Of a stretch of 64,000 nt of DNA, positions 51,088 to 63,929 are shown piece by piece; the first letter of the stretch is position 1, and every line of letters begins with the position of its first letter. The DNA comes from Octopus vulgaris (lineage: Eukaryota): positions 144,894,001-144,958,000 of the forward strand of contig OX597817.1 in NCBI GenBank assembly GCA_951406725.2. The letters run 5' to 3'. A program made the position numbers and the translations under genes. Under the pieces are notes generated by a model, which was not told the origin of the DNA, did no database searches, and saw only the letters and a list, made by a program, of their open reading frames with translations.

Positions 51088-51268
51088 AAGCACCCACTAC
51101 ACTCTCGGAGTGGTTGGCATTAGGAAGGGCATCCAGCTGTAGAAACACTGCCAGATCAGACTGGGCCTGGCGCAGCCTTCTGGCTTCCCAGACCCCAGTT
51201 GAACCATCCAACCCATGCTAGCATGGAAAACGGACATTAAACGATGATGATGATGATGATGATGATGA
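51088..51268 (+). mobile_element. RTE 3' tail fragment
   Basis: AAGCACCCACTACACTCTCGGAGTGG...(GAT)n. Confidence 0.8.
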
Positions 51269-51665
51269 TACATGAGTGTGGTGTGTGTGTGTGTGTGTGC
51301 GTTCTCTCACCATCATTTGACAACCAATGTTGGTGTGTTTATGTCCCCGTAACTTGGTGGGTCAGCAAAAGACACCAATAGAATAAGCACTAGGCTTAGA
51401 AAGAAGAAGTCCTGGGGTTGATTTGTTCAACTAAAAGTGCTGCTCCAGCATGGCTGCAGTCAAATGACCGAAACAAGTAAAAGATCAAGGTTTATATTTT
51501 CATCTCTCATTTGGTAAGCAATAGTGCCATTGACTCTCACACAATTACCATCTACCAAGTTCTACTCACTAAGCATTGGTCAACTGATTCTATGGTAAAA
51601 GAAACTTGGACCCTCGGACAGAATGCAATTAAACCCAAAACTTAACCTTGAGCTCTCACTGCGCT

Positions 51666-51900
51666 GTACCACACTCCTATTCTTGTACCATACCACACAC
51701 ACACATACAGCTGTGATTGTACCACACCCCTATGCTTGTACCATAACACACACATACACAGCCGTGATTGTACCACACCACACATACCACACGCACACAT
51801 ACAGCAGTGATTGTACCACACCCCTATGCTTGTACCATACCACACACATACACAGCCGTGATTGTACCACACCACACCCACACACACAGTCATGATTGTG
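51666..51900. repeat. Minisatellite, unit approx. TGTACCACACCCCTATGCTTGTACCATACCACACACATACAGCCGTGAT
   Basis: About four degenerate units visible. Confidence 0.85.
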
Positions 51901-52853
51901 CCATATGTGTACATATAATGATAGTGTGTATATGTATGCTGTTTAGATTGTAATCTTGTAAATATATTACTTTTGTTGACAAACTCTGTGAAAAAATGAA
52001 ATTTTGTCTTTAAGATAATCTGCAAAACAACTTTTGGCCATTTTGTGTATTTTGCTTTCTTTTGTTCTTTGAAAGTAATAACTTTGTACTCTTTGATTTT
52101 TCTTCTTCAATTCAGTAAAAACTGCACCAAAAATGATGATATTTTAATTTAAGTCAATATTTTAAAAGGCTATGAATTATTATTAATATAAGATGCAGGC
52201 TTGGCTGTATGGTTAACAAGCTTGCATTGCAATCTTGTATAGCCTTGGGTTCAGTATTATTGTGTTATAGGCCCTCAGGAAAGCTAGGGTCCCTATATAC
52301 ACAATCAAAAGGTATGTGGATTACTGTTGGAGCACCTAGATATGTGGGGCCTCTAGGTAACTCTCCAGTGTGCCCAGGTTTTCAAATGGTGCTTCCACAA
52401 CCCTGCAGCATCATTATGGTCATTATCTCACCTCTGCAACTTTTATCACCTTACCATATTGCCATGACAATGGGCCACTCTCTGTGTGGTTGCTTTTTCT
52501 CCAGAAACAGCAGTCAAATCTCCATCAAATTAAACTCTACTACCTTGGTTAAAGGACACATTGGATAATGTGCTCCTGGGTTTCCACACATTTGGAGAAA
52601 ATTAGTCGTGTCTAAAATGCCTTTGAGCACAGGTCTGCTCAATAAGGACTGACCTGGGGCTAAACAACAGAACATTGTCATCACCATTACTATAGCAACA
52701 AAGACAAGAACTATTGGATTACTCATTCTCATGTGAGTAAACATCTCCTAATACCTGATGATCCTCTGAAAGCTGATGCTAACTCTTTTACATGTTTCAG
52801 CCCTGAGGCTGTGGCCATGCTTAGCTCATTTTTATTTTATGGATGTTAAAATA

Positions 52854-53360
52854 AATAATAATAATGATGAAATTATTGTATGCAATGCTCAGGTGCACCA
52901 CAACTTGTCAAAAGTGCGTATAAAGCATAGGCAGTAATGTACAAATGTCTGGAAAGTGAACAGTGTATGAGTCAGATACATGCTTGCATGTGTATGGAGA
53001 GGAGAAAATCAGGTGTAGTGTTGGCAAATCTCAGGAAGCATGGAAGTTTTGAAGGATGCAGTGCTCCGACAACTAACAACCGATGCCAGCAGTTTGGTCC
53101 ATGCTTCCGCAACTCTTAGCATGAAAAAATGTTTCCGAAAGTCATGGGAGCTGTGCTGTTTTCTGACTTTGTAAACATGTCCCTGGGTGTTAGACAGGTG
53201 GAGTTTGAAAAGGTGCTCAGTGTTATTGTTTGTAAGATGGTTAATAATTTTATGGGTGTCTGCCAAGTCAGCTGCCAGACGTCGGAGTTTCAATGTATCC
53301 ATGCCCAGGGAAGTAAGGTGTTCAGAATATGGCAAATGCCTGATGGAGGGTATTCTCTTG
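52854..53360 (-). mobile_element. 5'-truncated CR1/L2-like LINE: ORF2 C-terminus, 3' UTR and (TTA)n tail
   Basis: LGMDTLKLRRLAADLADTHKII...TQGHVYKV...RKHFFMLRVAEAWTKL...FK is a typical CR1/L2 ORF2 end. Confidence 0.85.
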
Positions 53361-54036
53361 TAAGATTTGAACTTGTGACCATTAATGCAAACCTACCTCA
53401 CCCAACTACCCCCAACCAATATCTTGTCTAATATTCTCACTGCTATTATATATCTCACTATTGTTATATACAATTAATTATTATGGCCTATGGCACCATT
53501 TCTCTAATTATAGGTATAGTTTTATTTTTTCCTACATATGCAAAATAAATATCGTTTCTTCTAAGTTTTTGAAAATAATATAGATTTGGCGAGATATACT
53601 CTGAAAATAAATCTATGGTTGGGAAATAGTTAATAAGTTATGACAGAAATGGTGTGGTTTTAAAATTAATTCTGCATTTCATGCTTCAAAAAGAGAAAAA
53701 GATATCTATTTTCTCATTTTTTTTGTTTTTTTCTGAATCTTAAAACTTATTTTCTTTTAAAGTTATAAGTGATTTAGTACAGTTTTAAAAGCCAAAAGGC
53801 ATCTTTTAAAATATATTGCTCTCAATGAAACTGACAGCATGATTAGTCTGAAGGCATACTAGTGTCTGCAAGCTATCAATTAACAGAAGAAATTCAACTG
53901 TGCATTTAAAAAAAAAAAAGATTTCTTCTAAATATACAAAGAAGCATATGTGTATGTATATATATATATACACACACACACAAATATACAATAAACCATA
54001 TATATATATACACACACACAAATATACAAAGAAGTG

Positions 54037-54068
<32 letters not shown>

Positions 54069-54083
54069 AGTATACAAAGAAGC

Positions 54084-54114
<31 letters not shown>

Positions 54115-54506
54115 AGCACATGCTTCTGTATTAAATTTCTTTTTTATTCTGGTAAAATTACAAAAATGGTTGTGGCCTGACAGAAACTTTACTGATATGC
54201 TTGTGTATTGATATTAAAATGTCAAGTTCAACAATATCGGCAAACAGAAAAAAAAGAAAGCAAAGAACGTCCTCATTTCAATAGCAGTACGCCAAATCAC
54301 ATCAGTTAGATCTGTGGTGTGCAATGTGCCTGATTGATCGTTGTCATTTATGACATCCACCTGTCCATGCTTATAGGGGTCAGACTAAATTTGTGGAAGT
54401 AGAATTTCAACTCTTGGATGCTCTTCCTCTCACCAACCCTTACCTGTTCCCAAGAAACGTAATATTTCTTCACAGTTGGACATCGCAAATGAGCAGCATC
54501 ACTTAG

Positions 54507-54880
54507 TGGAGGCGCAATGGCCCAATGGTTAGGGCAGCGGACTCACGGTCAGATTATCGCGGTTTCGATACCCAGACAGGGCGTTGTGTGTGTTTATTTA
54601 GCAAAAACACCTAAAGCTCCACGAAGCTGCAGCAGGGTGTGGTGGTGACCCCTGTTGTACTCTTTCACTCTAACTTTCTCTCACTCTTTCTTCCTGTTTC
54701 CTGTCCCCGACTTCCTACGCAACCGCTGAGCCTGGATGCGCATTCATTCATCCGTTTCTCTTCTGTGGGTCTTACGAATAGGAAAGGACCAAGTTTCGGA
54801 CTTCTCCCACTACAGACAATACTGAGGTGTGATCTTGTGAGCTCAGGGACGAAGGCCACTTCACTCAACAAACAAACAAA
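54507..54880 (+). mobile_element. tRNA-derived SINE, family E-related
   Basis: TGGAGGCGCAATGGCCCAATGGTTAGGGCAGCGGACTC head like the 1790 copy; (CAAA)n tail. Confidence 0.65.
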
Positions 54881-55134
54881 GCAGCACCACTTGTAGAATG
54901 ATAATGCTTGCTTCCAAACATCACATGATGTCGAGACAAGGGCACACTGGAACACTCTCACGCACACAATGGGCTTATTTTAGTTTCCATCTACTAAATC
55001 CATTCCTGAGGCTTTGGTCAGCCTAGAGCTATGATAGAAAATGCTAGCAGTGGGGACTGAACCTGAGACCACATTGTTGAGAAGCAAGCTACTCAACCAC
55101 TCAGCCATGACTGTGTCTCGAAATGTATCTTATT

Positions 55135-55382
55135 ATTCTTTTATTCTTTTACTTGTTTCAGTCATTTGACTGCGGCCATGCTGGAGCATTGCCTTTTATT
55201 CGTAGAAATCAACCCCTGAACTTATTGGTTGTAAGTTTGGTACTTGTTCTATCAGTCTCTTCTGCCAAACTGCTAAGTTACAGTGATGTAAATGCACCAA
55301 CATCAGTTGTCAAGTGATGGTGGGGAGACAAACACAGACATAAAGACACACGCACACACACACACACTCACACACACACACA

Positions 55383-55419
<37 letters not shown>

Positions 55420-55585
55420 GACAGGCTTCTTTCAGTTTCTGTCTACTAAATTTACTCACAAGGCTTTGGTCAGCCCAAGGCTATAAGTAAATGACGCTTG
55501 CCTGAGGTGTCATGCTGTGGGACTGAACCTAGAACCATGTGGTTGAGAAGGTAGCTCCTTACCACACAGCTACTCCCACACCTAT
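55135..55585 (-). mobile_element. SINE family A, full length
   Basis: Reverse-complement head and tail, internal (CA)n. Confidence 0.8.
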
Positions 55586-55856
55586 AAACTTTTAGAAAAA
55601 TATTTTCATATAAGAAAATGTTTTAATCCCATTGTGGGGCTTTTGGTGTGAATTGAAATCTCTTGACAATATCAGGCATTGAAGCACATTACAAAAAATA
55701 AAAGCAAACTAACATTAGCTCTGTAGTTAAGAAGTTCACTTTGTAACTATGCATTTCAGGTTCAGTCCCCCCGCATGGTTACCTTATACAAGTGTCTTCT
55801 ACTATAGCTTTGGGCCTACCAATGACTTGTGAGTAAATTTGATAGGAGGAAACTGT

Positions 55857-56036
55857 TGTTGTTAAGCAACAAGATGAGTAAGAGTGATTAGGTGATGGTT
55901 TAGGGCTTAGAGGCGGGAGACCCCAGACCTCGGAAAAAAAAACTTTAGTCATCTTGTAGTCGAGGACTCGTCATTGATGCCTGACACCTTGAAGTCACAG
56001 GAAATGGTGATCTCCAGGTCCAAATTTTTGGACAGT
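55857..56036 (-). mobile_element. 180-bp insertion with 12-bp TSD inside a SINE A copy
   Basis: GGAGGAAACTGT at 55845-55856 and 56037-56048; short (TTG)n at the left end suggests a minus-strand (CAA)n retro-tail. Confidence 0.65.
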
Positions 56037-56274
56037 GGAGGAAACTGTGTGGAAGCTGGTCATATATAAAAGGCTTCAGCCTAGTTTCCATCTGTCAAAT
56101 TTCACTCATGAGACTTGGGGCAACCAAAGGTTATGGTGAGAGCCACTTTCCCCAAAGTTCAGCTATGTGAGGTTGAATCCAGACCCACATGGTTGTAAGG
56201 GAAACCTTCTCAGTCACATGGTCATGTCTGCAAGTTCTGCTGGCATCCACAGGAGAGTCTGTCAAAACATGACT

Positions 56275-56850
56275 GATTTCTCTTTACTTATTACCATTAG
56301 TGACCGAGACCGTTGGAAATATGCTGTGCATGAGAAGACCCGGCAAGACAAGTGAGACCATAACCCGTGGCCTTTACCTGGGATGTAGCCAGTCTACTTA
56401 TGCATACCTTTCCTTCTTGGGACACAAAACTCTGCTTGCGAATACCTGTTGAGGCAAGCGAAATCGAAATCGATCAAAAAAATCAATGGAAATTGTAGTT
56501 GTGATACCAGTGCCGGTGGCACGTAAAAAGATCCATCCGAACGTGGCCGTTGCCAGCGCCACCTTGACTGGCCTCTGTGCTGGTGGCTCGTAAAAAGCAC
56601 CAACTGATCGTGGCTGCTGTCAACCTCCCCTGGCACCTGTGCCAGTGGCACGTAAAAAGCACCCACTACACTCACGGAGTGGTTGGCGTTAAGAAGAGCA
56701 TCCAGCTGTAGAAACACTGCCAGATCAGATTGGAGTCTGGTGCAGCCTCCTGGCTTCCCAGACCCTGGCTTCCCAGACCCTGGTCAAACCGTCCAACCCA
56801 TGCTAGCATGGAAAACGGACGTTAAAAGATGATGATGATGATGATGATGA
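56275..56850 (+). mobile_element. RTE LINE 3' end (last codons, stop, 3' UTR, (GAT)n)
   Basis: SDRDRWKYAVHEKTRQDK* matches the RTE C-terminal DR..W motif and is followed by the repeat-rich UTR. Confidence 0.8.
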
Positions 56851-56927
56851 ATACTATTACTACTGTTATTTTTATGTTCTGTATTTGTTAGGACTGAGTT
56901 GCTGTATGTGTCTTGGAGTATAGAGGG

Positions 56928-57220
56928 GCATGAGGCTTCATGATTAGGATATTTGGCTCATAATCATAAGGTCGTGAGTTCAATTCCCAGCAATACATTG
57001 TTTCCTTGAGCAAGACACTTTATTTCTCATTGCTCCAGTTCACTCAGCTGGCAAAAATGAGTTGTACCTGTATTTCAAAAGGGACAGCCTTGTCACACTC
57101 TGTATCACGCTGACTCTCCCTGAGAACTGTGTTAAGGGTACGCATATCTGTGGAGCGCTCAGCCACTTGCATGTTAATTTTATGAGCAGGCTGTTTTGTT
57201 GATTGGATCAACTGTAACCG
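56928..57220 (+). mobile_element. SINE family B variant
   Basis: TTGAGCAAGACACTTTATTTC...CACTCAGCTGGCAAAAATGAG core. Confidence 0.65.
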
Positions 57221-58299
57221 ACGGAGTACCAGTTTTTTTTGTTTCGTTTCTTTTAGGTGTTTTTTTGTTGTTGTTTTTTGTTTCATTTCTTTTAGCTGTT
57301 TTGGGGGGGTGTTTTTCTTTTAGCTGAAGGAGTAATCTTATATTTATTAATAGCAGTGACAGTGAAAGCTTACAGTTTGTTGTGACAACATGTACAGGTG
57401 GTTGTAGATGTGGTCTTTATGCGGCTTATCTTGAATTGAAGTGTGCCAGTCTACATATTCTCTAATTTACTGTGAGAGAGTGTAGCCCCAGGCATGATGG
57501 TGCTAATCTGTTGTTGTTTCTTCTTTGGCCATGTACGATACCTTTGAGCACTCATCTAATGTTTTTGCATCTTTCATATTTTTTTTTTACTATATTTTTT
57601 TGTTTGCTGTGAATCTTGTAGAAAATGTTGTTGGGAATTTCTATTATATTTTTTTCTCTTCCCAGTATGTGGTGTGTTTATGTTGTTGAGTGCAGTGGTT
57701 AACTGTATTTCATGTTCTTTGATGTCTGCTACTAAGAAGGAAGGGGATTCAGTTGGTGCTACTTTTAGTCTGTTTGGAACCAGGTTTCTAAGTGGTTGAT
57801 GTAGGGATGGAGTAGTTTTGCAGCTGTCTAGAAAAATGGTGAGAGGATGTTGCTGTGATGCCATTTGCATATGTAATCTCTGTGTGTTTTCTGGAGTTGT
57901 GGAAGGACGTATAGATAGATATTACACTGAGTGGGTGAGAGAATAGATTCTTGTGTTACATTCCTCTGGAAATTACAGAATCTTCAAACTGTTTTGCATG
58001 CCACATAGTCTTCTTGGTATCATTAGAGATAGTTAACCAGTTAGTAATTTGAGGTGTGGTTCTTCAAAGGAAGTGTCTAGTATGATGCTTGGTTGTGTTG
58101 TATATAAGTAAAAAGGGAACACTCGTGGCAGATATTAGGAAGAAGGCGCAGGCATGGTTGTGTAGCAAGAAGCTTGCTTCCCAATCATATGGTTCCAGGT
58201 TCAATCCTACTGTGTGGCATCAGCCTTGTGAGTGTATTTGGTAGACAGAAACTGAAAGATGCCTGTTGTTCATATATATACATATATATACTTTATTTA

Positions 58300-58447
58300 A
58301 TAGCAGCAGAAATATCATGAGGCCAAACATCCCTGAAAATTTCATCCGAATCCATCCAGCAGTTCTTGAGATATCTTGTCCACAGACAAACAAACAAACA
58401 AACAAAGACTGGAAACAATACTTCTGCCTTCGCTAAGGCGGAGATAA
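58300..58447 (+). mobile_element. Helentron-associated (DINE-1/HINE-like) 3' fragment
   Basis: AAATTTCATCCGAATCC...GAGATATC, (ACAA)n, then terminal hairpin TCTGCCTT-CGCT-AAGGCGGA. Confidence 0.6.
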
Positions 58448-59735
58448 TAATAATGAAAAGATATTTTTTTAAATAAATAAAATCTTGTGTGATTAGCTCT
58501 GAAAGTTGTGCAAGAACAGGGTTTATTGGTGACCCAGTTTTACGTTAAGTTATTCTCATGTTTTAAGACTTTATCTCCACACACCAGACCACTCATAGGT
58601 TTCCAGTTCATTTGATATCTTAATGCTAAGTCATCATTCTTGTTCGTGTCTGATATCAGTGATGAAGAAGCTGAAGTGCACAGTGACATGCTTTAGTAAC
58701 ACCACACCACGCAACACCACTGACTTCAGTCATGACTCCATCTTATCAGTATGGTTAGCACAACCCCCTTCTATAAACCACAAGGTCTCAAGATGGGGTT
58801 TCCTCTTTTATATATGTTTTTTTAGTTGTTCTAAGAATATGTTGTATAACCCCTGGTCAACTTTGATCAAACAATCCTATGATCATAGGCATTCTGGCCA
58901 TAACCATCCTGTCTCTTATTAAAAGAAAATGTTTTATGGTTATAGGTGCAGGAGTAGCTGTGTGGTAAGAAGCTTGCTTCCCAACCACATGGTTCTGGGT
59001 TCAGTCCCACTGTGTCAAACTGTCCAACCCATGCCAGCATGGAAAATGGACGTTAAACGATGATGATGTTAGACCCCCTAAAACACATTATACTTATATC
59101 CCACATAGACACTTATTCTGTCTCACATGCATTTGTTTATTTTTACATGTGTACACACGCACATATACATATACAGCATACACTCACATGCATACTTGCA
59201 TGTGTGTGTGTTTGTGTGTATGTATGTGTGTGTAAGCTACCTTGGCTTTTCAAAATCAGCTTTACTTTCTTCAACTGGAAATCATCTAAAATGTATAAAA
59301 TTAATAATCTTATTATGAAAATTAATTCTTTATCCTTCTTGAGTGGAAAGAGAGAGAGAGAGATGTTGTGTGGGGGAGAAAGATAGATAGATATACAGAA
59401 AGCTGAAGACAGGTCTGTGTGTGTGTGTTGTATGGTGGAGGAGAAAAGTTTTACCAATTCCATATTCAAAATTCTATAACACTAAGGTTTTCTTGTCTTT
59501 CTTTCTCCCTTTCTCCCCTTTTCTCTTCACCCCTCTCCATCCCTTTAAAACCTTAAGTAAACGTTTTTTTAAATTCTTTAAGCTTCTTATTATGTTTGCT
59601 AGAGAATATGTAAAAGACTTGGAATTTTCAGAATGGTGATGAAAATGGGATTTTGTTAGCTTGTTGTTGTTGTTTCTGTTGTTGTCTGTGTTGTTGTACT
59701 TCACGTGGGCACAGAAAAACGAGATCTATTATTAA

Positions 59736-59956
59736 CCCTTTTAGCATTTAAACCAGCCATAGCTGACCAAAATATTCAACCTATTTTAAGTTAAAACTGA
59801 ACAGATCCAGCTTCTCACACCTACCCTGCTATGTAAGTCTAAAAATAAACAATCACATCATTGAAATTCCAAAGCTGTGAGGTAACACACGGTTGATTCA
59901 AAACAATGTGGATAAATAATTATAGCATTTGACAGAGTAATCTAATTGTTAATGAG
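59736..59956. mobile_element. piggyBac-type MITE (family 2), degenerate
   Basis: TTAA|CCCTTTTAGCATT...GAG|TTAA; homologous to 19990-20207. Confidence 0.7.
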
Positions 59957-60029
59957 TTAAGGGAATTCCAACCATGACCATCCTGTCTTATTTTTCATGT
60001 TTCTATTTCATTAGCGACAGAAGCACAGG

Positions 60030-60455
60030 CAAATTGGCCGAGTTCCTTCCAAATGTGGACCTCATGGAGGCAAGGTGGCTCCACTGAATTCGTTTCGAGT
60101 TTTGGGCCTCATGGAGGCAAAGTGGCTGAGTTCCTTTCGAGCATTGGGTCTCATGGAGGCAATGACCAAGACCTTTGGCATTATGTCATGCTTGAGAAGA
60201 AGACTTGTCAAGCTGAGCAAAATCGTTGTTGTGGCAGATACCGGTGTCATGCAAATGGCATCTGTGCCAGTGGCATGTAAAAGCACCCATTACACTCTTG
60301 GAGTGGTTGACGTTAGGAAGGGCATTCAGCCGTTGAAAACCATGCCAAATCAGACTAGAGTCTGGTGCAGCCTTCCAGCTTACCAGCCTTGGTCAAACCA
60401 TCCAACCCATACCAGCATGGACAATGAGCATTAAAATGATTATGATGATGATGAT
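60030..60455 (+). mobile_element. RTE 3' UTR variant with tandem CTCATGGAGGCAA units
   Basis: Three ~45-bp units followed by the standard tail. Confidence 0.7.
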
Positions 60456-62636
60456 AAGCAGTAATGGCAATGACTTCTGTCCACCAAAGTCCACTTATAA
60501 GGTATTGGTCAACTTGAAGTTATGGCAGAAGACAGCCTGGCCAAGGTGCCACTTGATACACTTGAACCCCAGACCACATGGTTGATAATCAAACTTCTTA
60601 ACCATGCAGTTTTTATATCTTTGTTCCCATATTATATAAAGTATTCTTGCACCATCATAAAGTATTATTAAGATGTTTAGCATCATGGATTTTTGTTTTG
60701 GATATTTATTCCTAAGTTCAAATCATACTGATATCAGCTCTCACTTCCATCTGTCATGGTCTCATAAATACCAGTTATACACTGCATCCATTATTCTCTC
60801 ACCACCACCATGACTACTCCATTTTTCATTATTTCATCTTCATCATCATTTTCATGTCTACCTTTCCATGCTTATGATAAGCCCATAACCATCTGATTCC
60901 TGATAAAAATTAATAGAATTCATAAGGAAAACTTATCAGCAGGAAAATAAGAAACGGATAGCCATTAGCTGACGACCCCTCAAATTTGTATTATCAACAT
61001 GCCTCAAGGAAGCTGCTATTTGGTAGCTAGACCTGCTAGAAATCACAGCAAATCTCCCTCAAATCATATTTAAAAAATAAAGGGACATGCATAATGTATT
61101 CGCTATGCTTGAAAAGCATGAAGGGATGGTCACAGATGGACTGTCTTTAATCTTAGATCTGGTATGTCAGAGCTAACTAGGAGCTAAACATAAACAATAA
61201 CAGTTTCTAGATCAGATAACAATGAAATATTTATTGAATTCACCTCACCCTAACTTTAAAGTGCACCACCACCACCACCACCACACTCAGCTATTATCAG
61301 CACCACCCATTATCTCTGATACCCAATCAGTATTTTATTGCCCTGGTTGGTAACCCCTATTTAGCAACCCCCACCACTACCACCAGATGCAAACCAAAAA
61401 ATAAAAGCCCTCCCCCTTAGTTTGTGTTGTTTTTATTTTCAGCTGCTATCATGGTTTGCCATGTGTGTGTTTTTAAGTGTTTTAATGCTCTACATTTCAC
61501 AGACTGTACTAATATTGTGGGTTCTGCAAGGTTACTTTCACTTGGTTCTGTTTTTTGTATATTGCATTTTCCGTCTAGGTGAAACTTCTCAGTTGTCACT
61601 TTGTATGTAGCAGCACTTCTTGGCAGATAAAGAGAATCTGAGAGCAGGATTTACATGTAAGCAGCCCCTGTACTAATATCATGTATGTGTATAGGGTTGC
61701 TTACATGACATAATAATGTGTTGTAAGTCTTACCAATCTGGCAAGAACGAATCTGACTAACCATTAGTACATTAGTAAGCAACCTAAGGAATGAGGGAGG
61801 AACACTTAACTCTCTCAGGGTCTTTACATTTTAAATGGGATCTGCTACACCACACATTTCATATGTAGGGGGATATATGTTAATAATGTATTCTGTTGAA
61901 ATTTGTTCTTATACATGTTATGTTTGTATGTCTAAGAATTTAAAGAACAGATCACGTTGTTTCACTGGGCTTGTGTTTTTCCTGATAGTGAAAAAATTAA
62001 TGTAACAATTTTCTCTGAAATTGATAACTAAACTTAATTTTTGTGTTTGGTCCTGTGGGAAATTATTCTATTTCCTTATTTTATTTCTGATTTCTGTTTC
62101 AATAGCCTATTTCGTTTATCTACTAAATTTTTCAACTCCAGCAATTACTGTTTCCTGCTTTTCTCTTTTGTGGAAGAAAATCTAATAAAAAAAATATATT
62201 TTTGTTTACTATAATGTCTGATAATTTTAGTTGAATACTTAGTTTCATTTGAGGTTTATTTTTGTTCTGTTTTTGTTTAGCTTTTATTTGAAAGGAATTT
62301 TTTTTTTAAATTGCTCTAAACCACTAATGCCATTTTTTCTAATTAACAATTCAAAGCTTCCAATATATTTGTTACATCAATGAATTTGTAAATGATTCCA
62401 GGACACTAGATGAACTATGTAACTATTATTGGTTGATTATTTGTGGTTAATTCTTCATTTTTTTTCTGCTTATCACAAGATACAGACTGTTACAAATCAT
62501 TGGTGACAATAAAGGGATTTGAAATATAGCCTTAGGTTTTTTTTTTTTTTTAGAGCTTTTATTTTTCGTCACAACCCCACTCCAACCCTGATCTGGAAAT
62601 ATAGGTAACACTTTTGAGTAGAAGTTTTTGATGTCA

Positions 62637-62714
62637 GGTCATTCTTGAGCATTACTGGTGACATGTAACCCAGTATGACCTGTCGCATGGTCGGGTCGTC
62701 GGTGACTAAACTGG
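62637..62714 (+). ncRNA. Candidate HDV-like self-cleaving ribozyme, slightly degenerate
   Basis: P1 GGUCAU/AUGGUC; P2 CCAGU/ACUGG; P3 AUG/CGC (one mismatch); L3 ACCUGU; P1.1 CC/GG; P4 UCG-ucgg-UGA; J4/2 CUAA. Confidence 0.55.
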
Positions 62715-63216
62715 CAACTCCATCAAGCTTGCTTGGTGAGGAGGGTGATTGTTGGACACCCTGCGGGATGGAAAATAAGACCCATCAAAGGGCGGAAGAA
62801 CCAATGTGTAGTCAACGGCCAATTCAACAAGTATCTTGATGCGGTGAAGTGCCTGTGTGCTCCATTGACCCGGAGAGCTATGCTGGAGGGAGAGAAATCT
62901 CCAGACAGGTCTTACTAGACTAGAGAGGTTGAAGGGTAAAAGACCGACAAAACCTTAATGACAATAAATCAAAGCATTGGCAACAGGGCATGGATTTAGT
63001 TATCGGTAGGACCTAACAGATCAGATTCCTGGCTTTGAACTAGCAGGACGTCCTACAGAGGATCTTGAATAGAAGACAATGGATGAGACCCTAATATTCC
63101 TAGTTAGATGGAAACTGTGGGACCACATGGAGAAGTGCCCTGTGATTCCTATACTATGCACAACCGAAACCCCTAAAAGGGGCATCCTATGGAACGACCT
63201 AGATGAGATGAGATTG
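62637..63216 (+). mobile_element. Non-autonomous RTE-derived element (5' UTR-like region plus (GATGA)n tail) with degenerate TSD
   Basis: RTE/BovB 5' UTR-like motif GTGTGCTCCATTGACCCGGAGAGCTATGCTGG; tail AGATGAGATGAGATTG; flanks AGAAGTTTTTGA (62620-62631) and AGAAGTTTTGA (63217-63227). Confidence 0.65.
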
Positions 63217-63324
63217 AGAAGTTTTGAGTTTGAAATTTATATTTAAGTAGTTATTTGAATTCAAATGAAATAATAAAACTTATTTGATTGGTTACGAAAT
63301 GATACCATCATATTTTCTTGCATA

Positions 63325-63760
63325 TGCAGACATGGCTGTGTGGTAAGATGTTTACTTCCCAACCATTTGGTTCTGAGTTTAGTACCACTATGTGGCATTT
63401 TGGGCAGGTATCTTCTGCTATAGCCTCAGGCCAAACAAAGCCTTATGTGTAGATTTAGTAGACAGAAACTGAAAGAAGCCTATTGTATAAATATATATAT
63501 CTGTATACATGTTCGTGTGTATCTCTGTGTGTCTTTGTATATGTTTGTTCCCTCAGCACCACTTGACAACCAGTATTGGTGTGTTTATATCCCTATGGCT
63601 TAGTAGTTCAACAAAGAGACTGATAGAATAAGTACTTGGCTTTATAAAAAAGAAAAAAGCAAGTTTTGGAGTTGATTTGTTCAAGTAAAGTTCTTCAAGG
63701 TGGTGCACCAGCATGGCCACAATTTAATGACTGAAACAAATAAAAGGTAAAAAAAAAAAG
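63325..63760 (+). mobile_element. SINE family A
   Basis: Head and tail motifs. Confidence 0.8.
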
Positions 63761-63929
63761 ATAAAAGATAAAAAAAAAATACAAGCCATTGTCATATTTA
63801 GTATAAACGTTGAAACCTCATCACTATTTTCCCAAATCCTGCTGCATTTCACATGGAATTTTCAGTCCCCCAAAGTCATCTTCATCCATTAGTGCCCAAG
63901 TGGTTTTATACATCTTTATCTGATACCAA

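Noticed and set aside
57330-58120. Possible decayed LINE ORF1/gag on the minus strand
   Set aside because: Composition is suggestive but I could not read an intact zinc-knuckle or other motif
59592-59641. MFAREYVKDLEFSE-TG|gtgatg as another phase-2 first exon
   Set aside because: Weak donor and no independent support
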